Positions 35,993 to 46,502 of a stretch of DNA of 64,000 nucleotides are shown here, piece after piece. The DNA comes from a virus (Duplodnaviria > Caudoviricetes). Numbering within the stretch: position 1 is the stretch's first letter; every line of letters starts with the position of its first letter. The stretch covers positions 5,077 to 69,076 of the IMG/VR virus record IMGVR_UViG_3300028048_003170, one strand, 5' to 3'. The notes under the pieces were generated by a model. The model searched no databases. It saw only the letters and a list, made by a program, of their open reading frames with translations, and had not been told where the DNA came from. Made by a program: the position numbers and the translations under genes.

Positions 35993-38900
35993 TTATTGGA
36001 TGATGATGGTCTTGTTCTGCTCGATTATCTTCATCATGGCAGAGCGTAACTCGGCCAAATAATTGTCCACCTGCTCGGTGGTAGAGATGACGCGGTTCAC
36101 TGGTAAGTGCAACACTTCGGGTTCACTGACTTCAGGTTTTTCTTTTTCGCCTTTGCCTCCGTTCACGTCCTTCTTAACGACCGGTTTGCTGGCGGCTTTT
36201 ACGATGGCCACCGTCTGCTTACTGATAAATGCGCTCACCGCTCCCACATGTAGTTTGAGCACGGCAATGCTGTCGCCCTGCGATTGCACATGGATGGTTG
36301 CGTCCTCATCGGGCAGTACTGACGTCTTCAGTCCGCGGCGCTCCTCTTCCTGCCGTAGTTGTGTAAACGCAGCATGGTAGGCCTCTTCGATTTCTTTCTT
36401 CACTGCTTTCTTCTCTTCATCGATGGCTTTAGTAAGAGTCACGACGGCATTTTTATAGGAGCGGATGTTATCCCAGGGATGTTCGTCCGTAAGAATGTTT
36501 CTGAGCGCTTCTACATCAGACCTGGTTGTATCGGGGAGGAAGGTGAAATTCTCCTCATTCTTCTTGAAGAAGTCCCTGCACGACAGATAATATGGTTCAG
36601 CGTTATCGCCCGAGATATAACGTTGGTAGAATTCGCTGATGCGCTTCACGTCGTCCATCAAGTTTTTGGCATGCCTGCGCTGATCCACCACAATTTGGAA
36701 GAATTCCTTTGCTCCAGTCTGCTGTTCCCAGGATTCGAGCATCGTTAGAGCCTGCTTCATAGGCTCTGCAAAGATGTAACTATTAATCCGTTGTAGGATG
36801 CGGCGGCAAGCGCGAAGCCACTTCAGCATTTCACTGCTCTGGTCTTTAGCGCATTCGTTATAAAGTATGTCGGCATCCGTAGTGAATGAACCAGTAATAA
36901 TAAAGATGTCTTTCCAGGCGCTAATGAAGTCATTGACCAGCACTGTATCCACCACTTTGGCGGGCACAAGGGTGAACTTGCTGCTGTTTTTGACAATGTT
37001 ACGCCTTTCATTATCGGTAATCTCGCGGTCGTTCCCACAGGTTAAATCCCAGAACCTGCGGCGCACGAGCTCGTTGACTATAAAGATAGTGAACTCATTG
37101 CTCCAGCCGTAGGGTACACCGCCAAAATCACGGCAGATTTTCTCGAGGTTAAGCGAACCGACATGCGGTTTTTGCAGATATTCGTTCACCTCAATCTCTG
37201 GCCTACTGAGTGGCTTGAGTTTATATTCATTTGGGTCGCGAGGCTGTGTTAGGCGTTTCTGCAAATCAAAATCGGTGTCAGCGTAGGTGGCGTAGGGATA
37301 GAGCTGCTTCAGGTGCAGGTCGAGGGCTGAGAGATAGCGGTTTGGGCCCTCGTTGGTGATGCCTTTGAGCACTTGGTTATAACTGATGACTGTCGCCTTG
37401 TTGAACAATTTTTTCAGCCAAGGCTCGATGCGTTCGGTCTTCGTTTGGTTGACCCGAGAAGAAATATCTTCGATGGCTTTCTTGTAATCGTCGTTGGCAG
37501 CGGGATGGGTTGACCTGTAAATGTTGACCTTGCAAAACCAGATGAAATCATCATATTCATCGCTCGAAGCGAATTCTGAAGTCATGAGGAAGATTAGTTT
37601 GTTTCGCATGTTGCCGTAGGCGATATCATCTGCTGATCTGTCGTCGGCCAACTCGATGTCCACCCACACATCAGGGTTGTTAGTGGTTAGATAAGGACGC
37701 TCGCCGATGTGCCATCCTACGGTTGCGTCGCGTGAGTAAAAGCGACGCTTGTTGGAGGGGATGATGTAAGATTTGTATTCGTTCCACAGTGTCTCCGAAA
37801 TTGTCAAGCCATCAACATCAATACTACTGATGATATTAACAAGTTCGCGCTCTGCCGCAGTGTAAAATTCATAGTAATCGCTCTTGCCTGTGGAATGAAT
37901 GACTCGAATGATGTTGCTCTTTACCAAGTAGGTCAGCACCTTCTCGGTGCGTTCCTTGATGCTCCGTTTGTCTTCATCCACATTGCCGATAAGCAGCGTA
38001 ACGATGTTGTCTACAGTGGCAGCGAAGACGGTGCGCGTGCTCTCGTCGAGGTTACATATCATGAACAGTACATGAAGCACACGCTGTGCGAAATTCTTGT
38101 CTTCGCTGTAGGCATCAGCCACATTGGCAGCATTGCGTATAGCATTGAGGCCAGTGGCTGTAAGGCCGCCATCAAACACCGCGTTATAGAACTGATCGAA
38201 AGAGGCCAAGCGACCTAATTCCTCTTGCTGTGTATTTTTAGCGGTGGTGTGCGTCATCTTAATGATGCTACGCTCGGTACCTTTCTTCTCTTTGTCGATA
38301 TATCCCAGACTTACCATATTGTTCAGCACCTGCATGATCAGGGTGAACTGATAGGGCACAAACGGATAGATGTCGATAAATTCGCGGCGGTCCTTGAAAC
38401 TGTCATAGCCTGTGGGCAGATGGAATTGAGATTCTAGCGTCACTTTGTTTTCGTCGAAGATTTTGCCCAGCGTTTGATCGGCAGCGGGTGTCTTCTCCAG
38501 CAGACGCACTTTGGTGATATATTCGGGCTTGGTGCCTTGCAACGACACACGTACTTCAAAGCGTCCCATAATCTTGCCGTAGTCGTCCTCTGTTTGTTTG
38601 ACATGGCTGGAGCGCACTACTTCGCTTAGGTCCTGTTGGGCGGTGCAGGCCATCCAAACCTTGTTGCCACACACTTCGTCAAATTTAGTGATCAAGCCTT
38701 GCAACTGTAGCAGCAGTTCGCGCTTATTGTCGATAAACTGGCTCACCTCATCCACGCAGAATACTAAGCGGTAGTCATCGCCCTTGCTCTTGATGTAGTC
38801 CTCCAGCTCACTGCAGAAACTCTCGATGCCTACCTCCATAGTGCGGTTTTTGATGTCGTTACGGACCACGTCGTAACTCTTGCCTGGCATCAGCTCCTTG

Positions 38901-39547
38901 GCAATGTCAAGGATGCGGTCTAAATCAAGTTTGAGCGCACGCTCCAACTTACCCATGTTGGCTTCAGCCAGTCGGCGGCGGAATTCTTCTAACTTACCCA
39001 CTTTATCAAGAGGCTGCTCGATGTATTCAGCAAAAGGCAGGTTAATGGTGTTATATCCGCGCAGGCGGTTAAGCTCCGTCCAGAGGATACCGGGGAACGA
39101 CTGCTTTAGCTGGTCAGTGTCTTTCACATAGTTCTCAAGGCTGAACAACACAACCTCGGCTTTTGTGCGATTTAACCAGCGCTTGAGTTCCCTCACTTCG
39201 AGTGGGGTGACATCAAGCATGATTTCCGGGTCAGCCTTCATTTCATCAACTGTTGCCAGCAAACGGTCCATTGCCCGTTCGCTGTAGATTGGATCCAGGC
39301 AGTAGCAAACATATTTAAGGAAGTGAGATTTACCACTTCCGTAGTAGCCGTTAATCCAGATGCCATTGTGGCTGCCCTGCTTTGTTCGAATGCCATTTAA
39401 CACATCGTAGATTCCTTTGATGATTTCTTTAGTAAAAACATACTCATCAATTTCGATTTTCACAGTCTCTTCATCTCGCTTGTCAGCATAGACGGCAGGG
39501 TTGACCTCTCTATTGATGTCTTTAAGATAAATTTCGTTGAGTCTCAT
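35993..39547 (-). CDS. brxC: BREX P-loop ATPase BrxC
   Basis: GIWINGYYGSGKSHFLK, CVDEVSQFI, YPFVPYQF; 1184 aa. Confidence 0.93.
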   Translation of the reverse strand: MRLNEIYLKDINREVNPAVYADKRDEETVKIEIDEYVFTKEIIKGIYDVLNGIRTKQGSHNGIWINGYYGSGKSHFLKYVCYCLDPIYSERAMDRLLATVDEMKADPEIMLDVTPLEVRELKRWLNRTKAEVVLFSLENYVKDTDQLKQSFPGILWTELNRLRGYNTINLPFAEYIEQPLDKVGKLEEFRRRLAEANMGKLERALKLDLDRILDIAKELMPGKSYDVVRNDIKNRTMEVGIESFCSELEDYIKSKGDDYRLVFCVDEVSQFIDNKRELLLQLQGLITKFDEVCGNKVWMACTAQQDLSEVVRSSHVKQTEDDYGKIMGRFEVRVSLQGTKPEYITKVRLLEKTPAADQTLGKIFDENKVTLESQFHLPTGYDSFKDRREFIDIYPFVPYQFTLIMQVLNNMVSLGYIDKEKKGTERSIIKMTHTTAKNTQQEELGRLASFDQFYNAVFDGGLTATGLNAIRNAANVADAYSEDKNFAQRVLHVLFMICNLDESTRTVFAATVDNIVTLLIGNVDEDKRSIKERTEKVLTYLVKSNIIRVIHSTGKSDYYEFYTAAERELVNIISSIDVDGLTISETLWNEYKSYIIPSNKRRFYSRDATVGWHIGERPYLTTNNPDVWVDIELADDRSADDIAYGNMRNKLIFLMTSEFASSDEYDDFIWFCKVNIYRSTHPAANDDYKKAIEDISSRVNQTKTERIEPWLKKLFNKATVISYNQVLKGITNEGPNRYLSALDLHLKQLYPYATYADTDFDLQKRLTQPRDPNEYKLKPLSRPEIEVNEYLQKPHVGSLNLEKICRDFGGVPYGWSNEFTIFIVNELVRRRFWDLTCGNDREITDNERRNIVKNSSKFTLVPAKVVDTVLVNDFISAWKDIFIITGSFTTDADILYNECAKDQSSEMLKWLRACRRILQRINSYIFAEPMKQALTMLESWEQQTGAKEFFQIVVDQRRHAKNLMDDVKRISEFYQRYISGDNAEPYYLSCRDFFKKNEENFTFLPDTTRSDVEALRNILTDEHPWDNIRSYKNAVVTLTKAIDEEKKAVKKEIEEAYHAAFTQLRQEEERRGLKTSVLPDEDATIHVQSQGDSIAVLKLHVGAVSAFISKQTVAIVKAASKPVVKKDVNGGKGEKEKPEVSEPEVLHLPVNRVISTTEQVDNYLAELRSAMMKIIEQNKTIIIQ

Positions 39548-39565
39548 ATTATTATTCTGTTTTAT

Positions 39566-40174
39566 TTATTCATTAATTAAGTAAGAAGCCCTGTAGAAGT
39601 GCGCATCGTCAAGAAGGTTGAAAAGCGAATAAGAATTACCTACACGCTCACCAGGGTAGAATACAATGATTTTGTATCGCCCCACCTTGTTGAATTCCTC
39701 ATAGAGAGTGAGGAAGGCATTGGTGCGCAGGTATGGGAATATGCGGTCGATGCCATAAAGGAATACATAAGGCCGACGCAATCCGTCGCCCTCACGCTCC
39801 ACATGATCGATGATACGCTGATGGATATAGGCCAAAAAATCGTGACTTCTCGCCTCATCACAGAGGAGGTCATTGATGTCATCGTTATCAAGGCCGCGTT
39901 CATTGTCGTAGAGCAGCTTCAACATTGAGCTATAATCTCCATAACTGCTTTGGTCAAGGTAATTGCAGAATTCCTCGAAAATATCAAGGGATAGCACGTC
40001 TATGAAGTTATTTGGACGGCTCAGTGCATCCTTGAATTTGACGAGTTCTTCCTCAAGTTCATATTCATCCTCAATGCGGTAGGCATAGAGGAAATAATTA
40101 TAAAAAATATCACCGTTGGCCGGGTCTTGGAATCTCGGGTCGGAGAGTTTCTCGAGTAATGGTTGTAGGTTCAT
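39566..40174 (-). CDS. brxB: BREX protein BrxB (DUF1788)
   Basis: ATG overlaps brxA stop (ATGA); VFLYGIDRIFPYLR, IVFYPG, HFYRA motifs. Confidence 0.88.
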   Translation of the reverse strand: MNLQPLLEKLSDPRFQDPANGDIFYNYFLYAYRIEDEYELEEELVKFKDALSRPNNFIDVLSLDIFEEFCNYLDQSSYGDYSSMLKLLYDNERGLDNDDINDLLCDEARSHDFLAYIHQRIIDHVEREGDGLRRPYVFLYGIDRIFPYLRTNAFLTLYEEFNKVGRYKIIVFYPGERVGNSYSLFNLLDDAHFYRASYLINE

Positions 40175-40809
40175 GACAAAGCTTTTATAATGTTTTCTTT
40201 TTCGTAAGGCAGTAACAGGCAAGCATCGAGGTACCAGTCTTCGCCATTAATAATGTAATATCGATAATCCTGCGGATCCAACAGGAGAGGCTGAAGTTGG
40301 CCATTTGCATCGAGAATTCCTGCCTGCCTTAGAATGGTAAGGTAGGCACTTGTGATTTTACCTCGCGTTTTCTCGGACCAGGAATCCACGAACTGGTCTT
40401 GTGAAGCAATCTGATAATACTCCATCATGACATCGTTTTTGCTAAGTGAGTGGTCTGTAGAGTTCCATCGACGCATAGTGAGGTTAACATGGAAGTCAAA
40501 GATGAGACGGTAGCATTTCAGGATGCAGTAGAACAGGGCAGCCCGCTGGCCTTTCTCAGAGAGCTGCTCATACCATTTCCAAAAATCCAATGAGACTGCG
40601 TCAAATCGTTTACGGAATTCCGCGATGATTCTTTTCGCGCCAATCTCACTGTTTACTTGAATGAGCCCTCGATCCTTAATTTCCTTCTTCAAGAGTACGT
40701 CTGCTTCTGGCGACAGTAATAAGGGAAGCACCCTATTGAATTCGTAAAACATGAACGAGCATCCAGTGAAGGAAGCGCTGTAGGGACTAGAATTGCGATC
40801 AGTTGCCAT
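40171..40809 (-). CDS. brxA: BREX protein BrxA (DUF1819)
   Basis: Start MATDRNSSPYSASFTG; WSEKT..KI.SAYLTILRQAGIL pattern; first gene of the operon. Confidence 0.88.
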   Translation of the reverse strand: MATDRNSSPYSASFTGCSFMFYEFNRVLPLLLSPEADVLLKKEIKDRGLIQVNSEIGAKRIIAEFRKRFDAVSLDFWKWYEQLSEKGQRAALFYCILKCYRLIFDFHVNLTMRRWNSTDHSLSKNDVMMEYYQIASQDQFVDSWSEKTRGKITSAYLTILRQAGILDANGQLQPLLLDPQDYRYYIINGEDWYLDACLLLPYEKENIIKALS

Positions 40810-40954
40810 ACTATTATATTTATAATTAAAACAAACTCCAATGCAGTCCCTGCAGGCCGACCAAAGCCTATATAACCGCAAAGGAGTTTGTGAAATTTTC
40901 GTTTTCTCGGTCTGTTGCAGGTATAGATCCCGTTATGGTGGAAAATCGTAAGTG

Positions 40955-40962
40955 CAAAAATA
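40955..40962 (-). promoter_or_regulatory. Bacteroidetes -7 box upstream of brxA
   Basis: Minus-strand TATTTTTG fits TAnnTTTG in an AT-rich intergenic region. Confidence 0.45.
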
Positions 40963-41078
40963 CAACAAAATCTTTGATTTTGGGTACAAATTTTAGTTTT
41001 ATTTTTGAACAAAACAGCAAAAATAAAACACTAGGGTCCAACTGTTGGGACTACAAACCGGAAAAATGATGGAGAGTC

Positions 41079-41420
41079 TTAGTTTTCTGAAATAGGTGGA
41101 GGTGTTTGGTTGTACTGTTGGCGATACTGGTCTTCCACTTGCATACGAATCTCCGCTTCACGCCTGATACGCGCTTCTCTTTGCTTTTCAGTTTCGCCAC
41201 CAACTATAGCTGCTATAATGAATCCAATGAGAGGATTAAAGAAAAAGCTCAAGAGGAAGAATCCCCAGAAACTGCGGCTGTGCTTCTTGGCATAGCGGCC
41301 AACAAGCACACACAGCAAAATATAGAATGCTAGAATTCCAAAGAAGATTAGAGGAATGATCCAATCTTCACTTCCTGTCTCAACGCTATTGTAGGGCTCT
41401 GTCAGTTGTAGCAAAAACAT
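41079..41420 (-). CDS. Small membrane protein
   Basis: 113 aa, two or three TM helices, charged C-terminal tail. Confidence 0.75.
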   Translation of the reverse strand: MFLLQLTEPYNSVETGSEDWIIPLIFFGILAFYILLCVLVGRYAKKHSRSFWGFFLLSFFFNPLIGFIIAAIVGGETEKQREARIRREAEIRMQVEDQYRQQYNQTPPPISEN

Positions 41421-41442
41421 ATTCAGTCTGATTCAAATTATC

Positions 41443-41650
41443 AAAAAGGCGCGAGCCGTATACATCTCACTGGATGGTATAGGACTACCAAAACTAGCTA
41501 TGTATAAGCGACTCACGCCCATAAGCGAGAGTCACTATACAACCCTGCTAGTTTAATTGAAACGTCCTATTTTTCCAATGAACAGGTGTATAATGGCATT
41601 TTCGTTCCACAATGTCTTGTCAAGCCTTTCGGTTCGACGTGGCAAATTTA
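41443..41650 (-). promoter_or_regulatory. Promoter plus attenuator-like structured leader
   Basis: TAAATTTG at 41643-41650; 41501-41519 can pair with 41525-41541 or with 41448-41465, the latter followed by a U-run. Confidence 0.5.
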
Positions 41651-41689
41651 CTAATTATTGGCCAATAATTGAAAATTTGTCCAAAAAAG

Positions 41690-42418
41690 TTACAGCTGGT
41701 TCAGCAGGTTGAACTGGTAGTAAGTCCTTACCTCGGTCTTGTTTGACACGATCGAGAAGTAACGTTTATTCCTACCCTTCTCGTCCTGGGCGAGGAAGAA
41801 GTCATTCTCGGGTTCAAACACGAATTTCTTGTAGCAGTGGTCATGCATGATGACCAATTCCTCAAGAATGTCTCCAGGGACGCGCCCGTATATGACCTCA
41901 GCAAAGGCGGTGGTCATCGGAGCCTGAAAACGATACCCTTCCCTGGCTTCTTCAAAGACCCTGTGATTCACGGGAATCATTGCGGTTTTGTCAATCCTGA
42001 GTGGTCTCAACCCAAAGGCTTTGCATGTGCTTGGAAGGTCTTGCTCATTTTTGATCGAGGTTCTCAGTGGCTTAACAAACATTCTCGCATCGGTCAGCAA
42101 ATAGAGCGTGTTGCGTTTCCCGCCATACGCCCATACGCTGTCAAGTTCGGTACATAACTTGCTGGCCTTGACAATACCAATGACGCAATCGAACGGCATT
42201 TCCTCATAGAGTGGTATCATGCCCAATAATAGCGCTTCGCTCAAGGCCTGCACCCACTCGAGAGGGAGGTTTTTACGGTTATCATACTTCTGCCATGGGG
42301 CAGCAACAATTAATACGTGGCACTGTTTCGCGCCCAGATCGACACCCAAATCAAAGATGTCGATTAACCCGGCGGCAATCATGCTCGCCCACGGTTGAGG
42401 GATTACAATTATCCTCAT
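41690..42418 (-). CDS. ASCH-domain-like protein
   Basis: N-terminal IPQPWASMIAAG and later VIGIV...VWA...LYLLTDARMF resemble ASCH motifs. Confidence 0.55.
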   Translation of the reverse strand: MRIIVIPQPWASMIAAGLIDIFDLGVDLGAKQCHVLIVAAPWQKYDNRKNLPLEWVQALSEALLLGMIPLYEEMPFDCVIGIVKASKLCTELDSVWAYGGKRNTLYLLTDARMFVKPLRTSIKNEQDLPSTCKAFGLRPLRIDKTAMIPVNHRVFEEAREGYRFQAPMTTAFAEVIYGRVPGDILEELVIMHDHCYKKFVFEPENDFFLAQDEKGRNKRYFSIVSNKTEVRTYYQFNLLNQL

Positions 42419-42713
42419 TGTGATGTAGGTTTTTGATGGTTAATACTCACTGCCCTTACTCTTATATTGGCAGTCAGTTTAAACCAAACTGCAAAATAAC
42501 CTACGGCCAGTGCAAAATCCTGGCACTATCGGATTAAATAATCTTAACCAAAATGAATTTTTTTGAACCCTCGTAAAAACTGGGCCGTTTAGGGCGATTT
42601 CCTGAACAGGTCTACGATTATTTTCATCGTTCACCTAAACTTGGTTTACAGTTTTTGAGAAATCTTTACCGTTTCTGGGCTATTAAATTTAATAGGCAAA
42701 AACTGTGCCAAAA

Positions 42714-44345
42714 TCAGAGAACGCCGCCTGTGTTGAAGCCGAAAGTATCATGGAACGGGAACTTCTCGCAGCCGATATAGAGGGTGTCGAAAGCGTCCGT
42801 GCCGTCGGTGCGGTGCTGGAGCAGATCTTCTTCAGTCTCAGCGAGTTTCTCGCCGCCCTTGTCCTTGCGGAAGCCGTTGCGCCCACGCACCACGCCTGCC
42901 GTCTGGATGGCCAGGATGAGGTCATCGTTGTTTTGGCGGTTAAACATCGGCATGAGCCGTTGTTTGCCGGCAAAACCCTGGTTGATGAGCAGGTACTTCT
43001 CATCATGGCGCATGGGGTTGCCCAGGTTGATGTCCTCGACCTGCCAGCCGTGCCGCTCGAACTCGTGGCACACCACCCAGTGGAAGTCCTGTTCGTTCAC
43101 GGCATAGTTGCCGCCCAGGGCGGTACTGTCGTAATAATAGACGACTATCTTGGTCTCGTGGTGGGCATAGTAGCGGCAGAAGTCGTCAATGAGCGCGGGG
43201 ATCTTGCGCTCGAACTTCGTGTAGAAGCTCTTGATGACGTTCAGGCGGCGACCTGTGGGCTGGCCCGCCACGATCCAGTTGATGTTGGCGTTATAGTCCA
43301 TGCCGATGCAGATGGGGGCGTAGGGGTTCACGTCCTTGTCTGCCCTACTGTCCAACTGGTTTTCATTGAAGTCAAAGCCCAGGCTGTCGAGATACTCGAA
43401 GTCGCTGGCGTTGTACTTGTGACCCTCACGCATGGACGAATAGAATCCGTCTTTGGCAATGCCGATGCGTTGGCAAAGAATCGAGGTCTGGAACGTCTTC
43501 GGCGTGAGGTCACGCTTCATCTGCTTGATGTAAGATTCACCCAACAGCTGCAGGTTCTCGATGCTGCTGTACTCCTTGTAGTACACGGCCACGGATCTCA
43601 TCTTGTTGAGGTTCGTGTCCAGGCGGCGCAGATAGGTCTTGAGGTAGCGGGGCACCTTGATGCCTCGGTCCCTCAAAGAACGGATGCGCTGCTTCAGGTG
43701 CCATATCTCATAGACAGTGCCCTTGATTGTCTCGATGAGGTCAACGTCCATCTTGTCCTGATAGTGCAGGAACCAGGAGCCCTTCTGGGTCTGCGGCATA
43801 TCGCTGAGGATCATCACCGAGTGGTTGAACGAATGATGACCAAAGTAGGACTTGATGCCGCCATTGGCAGGCAGCGTCTCGTCCTTGAGTCGCTCGTAAT
43901 CGATGAACTTGGCCTCATCGATCAGGAGCCACGAGAGGGTCAACGAGTTGCTGCTGCCTGGCCTATCCTGCGAGATGATGATGGCACAGGAGCCGTTGTA
44001 GAACGTGATGACGTGCTCATATTCGGCAGGCTCGATGATGGGCTTGCCGAATGACCTGGGCGGTTTGCGCCCGATGACATAGTGGATGCCGTTGATGTAG
44101 CCCCAGCGCTTCCAGGCGGCCAGCAAGCCCGGGATGGTGTTGGTCAGGCCGTGCTTGTAGGTGGGCACGACGATGCCGCCCGTGCTTCCCGCCATGCGCT
44201 GCATGTTGCGCAGCACGAATGGCGAGGCGATCGAATCGGTCTTGCCGGTTCGACGGCCCGCCACGATGACGGTGGTATTGGCACCGATGAGCTGGGTGAG
44301 GCGCTGCGGGGCGTTAAAGTATATTCTTTTCTCGGGCTGCTTCAT
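42714..44345 (-). CDS. Terminase large subunit
   Basis: Walker A VAGRRTGKT, Walker B LLIDEAKF, RNase-H-like IGMDYN and TDAFD. Confidence 0.85.
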   Translation of the reverse strand: MKQPEKRIYFNAPQRLTQLIGANTTVIVAGRRTGKTDSIASPFVLRNMQRMAGSTGGIVVPTYKHGLTNTIPGLLAAWKRWGYINGIHYVIGRKPPRSFGKPIIEPAEYEHVITFYNGSCAIIISQDRPGSSNSLTLSWLLIDEAKFIDYERLKDETLPANGGIKSYFGHHSFNHSVMILSDMPQTQKGSWFLHYQDKMDVDLIETIKGTVYEIWHLKQRIRSLRDRGIKVPRYLKTYLRRLDTNLNKMRSVAVYYKEYSSIENLQLLGESYIKQMKRDLTPKTFQTSILCQRIGIAKDGFYSSMREGHKYNASDFEYLDSLGFDFNENQLDSRADKDVNPYAPICIGMDYNANINWIVAGQPTGRRLNVIKSFYTKFERKIPALIDDFCRYYAHHETKIVVYYYDSTALGGNYAVNEQDFHWVVCHEFERHGWQVEDINLGNPMRHDEKYLLINQGFAGKQRLMPMFNRQNNDDLILAIQTAGVVRGRNGFRKDKGGEKLAETEEDLLQHRTDGTDAFDTLYIGCEKFPFHDTFGFNTGGVL

Positions 44346-44952
44346 CTTGGTTTTTCTGTGGGAAGAGTGTGCGTTCCTCTATATCGGCCTCCTCATACTC
44401 GATGTCCTCGACATCGATGTTCTCTGCCTGGTACTTCTTCAGCAGGGCATGTATGCGCTCGTTGATGTGCGGAATGGGCTTGATGCCGAGCACCGACGGG
44501 TCGTCGGTGGCGGTGAAAGGCTGCACCACGATAAGGTCATAGGGCACGGCCTGCTCGTCCTCCAGATCGACACGGTTGTATTTGGCATAGGATGAGGCGG
44601 CCTTCTCCATCGTCTTGGTGTCCTTGCGTTTCTTAGCCATTTGGAAGGTTTCCAGGATCATCTCATTGAAGCGGTAGCGGTGAAAGTCACGGCTGGCCTG
44701 CGCCAGGTGCGGCAGTAGCGACTTGACGATAACCAGATCTGAATATGCTTGGGCCCGACAGACGCCATGCCGGGAGACCGCGGTCTCCACAAACTGGCGG
44801 TCTTTAGCGTCAGGGTTGGAGAGGAACCAGTTATATTCATCACGGATACGCAGGATGCGCTCGACAACGCTTTCTGCATAGCGTTGCCGAAGCTCGTCCT
44901 GCGCCGTGAACAGGTCGATGCGGCATATTTCAAGCGTGTCTGGGTTAGGCAT
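44314..44952 (-). CDS. Probable terminase small subunit / packaging-associated protein
   Basis: 212 aa helical protein overlapping the terminase large start. Confidence 0.5.
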   Translation of the reverse strand: MPNPDTLEICRIDLFTAQDELRQRYAESVVERILRIRDEYNWFLSNPDAKDRQFVETAVSRHGVCRAQAYSDLVIVKSLLPHLAQASRDFHRYRFNEMILETFQMAKKRKDTKTMEKAASSYAKYNRVDLEDEQAVPYDLIVVQPFTATDDPSVLGIKPIPHINERIHALLKKYQAENIDVEDIEYEEADIEERTLFPQKNQDEAAREKNIL

Positions 44953-45227
44953 TACTCATCGTCCTCCATGTCGAGCAGATTGCGGTGGGCATTCTCGATG
45001 GCCAGCGGCGAGCCTACCTGTGCCAGCATCATCTCCTGATGGTGCAGTTTCACCTTCGACGCCGCTTTGCCACGGAGGTAGCGCTGGCTGACCTCGGTGG
45101 TGCGGTCGGCGATGTCCGAGCGGAGAACTTCGGCAGGTATGCCGAGGATCACCGCCATGTCACTAATCTTCAGGTAGATCGAGGCGTATTGCTCAATCTG
45201 CTGCAATTCTTCTTCTGAATAGGTCAT
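44952..45227 (-). CDS. Small phage protein (HTH-like)
   Basis: 91 aa, ISDMAVILGIP; TAATG coupling to the next gene. Confidence 0.6.
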   Translation of the reverse strand: MTYSEEELQQIEQYASIYLKISDMAVILGIPAEVLRSDIADRTTEVSQRYLRGKAASKVKLHHQEMMLAQVGSPLAIENAHRNLLDMEDDE

Positions 45228-45714
45228 TGAGCGGTACTGAGTGGTTTGTGATCAAGTCTTCAATCTGTGCGTGCAGCGTGCGGAAGATATCGAGGTCGGT
45301 GGTGACGAAGGCACTCTCCGATCGGTTGCCTCGCGTGAGGTTCTGCGAGGTGACGATACTGACGACCTCACCCTTGAGGCTGCGCACGAGCAGGATCTTG
45401 CTGTGGTTGTCGGCAAGATAGGTGGTATTGATGACCTGGGTGATGAACGCCCAGAGCTTGAGGGTCTTGTTGGTGGCCTTGTGGTCGAGCACCAGGTTGA
45501 AACGGGTGACGAGACCCGACTTCTCGATGAAGAACAGCCTTCGGATGAACTCTTCGGAGATCGAGAAGGAAGTCTGCCACACCTCGGACTTGCCGAGCTG
45601 TTGCAGCGTCCATTCGAGCACGTCGGCCACCTGCAGGGCGTTAGAGAGATAAGCCTGGTAAGGTTTATCTCTCAACGGCTGCAAAAAATCCGATATGTCG
45701 GCTGTGCGTTTCAT
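45193..45714 (-). CDS. PLD/nuclease-fold protein
   Basis: NHSKILLV (HxK) followed by TSQNLT. Confidence 0.65.
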   Translation of the reverse strand: MKRTADISDFLQPLRDKPYQAYLSNALQVADVLEWTLQQLGKSEVWQTSFSISEEFIRRLFFIEKSGLVTRFNLVLDHKATNKTLKLWAFITQVINTTYLADNHSKILLVRSLKGEVVSIVTSQNLTRGNRSESAFVTTDLDIFRTLHAQIEDLITNHSVPLNDLFRRRIAAD

Positions 45715-45759
45715 TTCTTAAAGCGGCGTTGCCGCTGCATAATGGAGAATGGTTAAGGG

Positions 45760-46488
45760 TTAAAGAATCCCCAACTCCTTCAGGTCATTAGTCAGCTTGT
45801 CGGTCGGGCTGATGATCTTGCCGTACCAGTCGAGGATCTGTTTCCTCAGTTCCTCGGTGGGCTTCTTGGCGTAGCGGCCCTTGGCCAGGTTGATCATGCG
45901 CACGGCCTTCTTGCTCTCCTCACGGACATCGGCGGTGAGCTGCTGCTCGCCGTCCATGCTGGTGTAGTGGTCGTAGCGCTCCCAGTTGGAGTGCAGCTTC
46001 TTGTCCATGGCGATCAGTTCCTTCAGGAACGGAAAGCGCTCACTATCGGGACACGTGGCGTTCTCCAGCGAGAGCGAGCGCAGTTTCAGATGCAGCTCGC
46101 GCATGCGCTGTACGATACCCAGGTTCTCGACATAGAGCGCCTGGATCTCGTCGGGCAACTGGTCGTGGTCAGCCCGCTTGCCGGCCTTGAACTCGTTGGC
46201 AGGTTGCTGCTGCTCGACTTCAAGGTTGCGCTTGACCACGATCTTGTTGACCTCAGCCTGCATCGCCTCGACCTGCTCATGGGTGACCTGCTGCAGGCGG
46301 AACGAGAGCCGCTTCTTCAGCTGGTACTCGATGAACGGGGCCTTACCGCGAGGGTTGGCCATCAGGTTGCGGTACATGATCTGGTTGCCAGTCAACTGGA
46401 GCAACAGCATGGCACCCTCGGCATAGTCGCGCTCGGTGGCATCCTGCGCCAGCCATGCCTGTACTTTATCGTTAAACTTCTGGTTCAT
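45760..46488 (-). CDS. Phage hypothetical helical protein
   Basis: 242 aa ORF in head/packaging operon. Confidence 0.75.
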   Translation of the reverse strand: MNQKFNDKVQAWLAQDATERDYAEGAMLLLQLTGNQIMYRNLMANPRGKAPFIEYQLKKRLSFRLQQVTHEQVEAMQAEVNKIVVKRNLEVEQQQPANEFKAGKRADHDQLPDEIQALYVENLGIVQRMRELHLKLRSLSLENATCPDSERFPFLKELIAMDKKLHSNWERYDHYTSMDGEQQLTADVREESKKAVRMINLAKGRYAKKPTEELRKQILDWYGKIISPTDKLTNDLKELGIL

Positions 46489-46502
46489 AATCTATTTACA
46501 AT

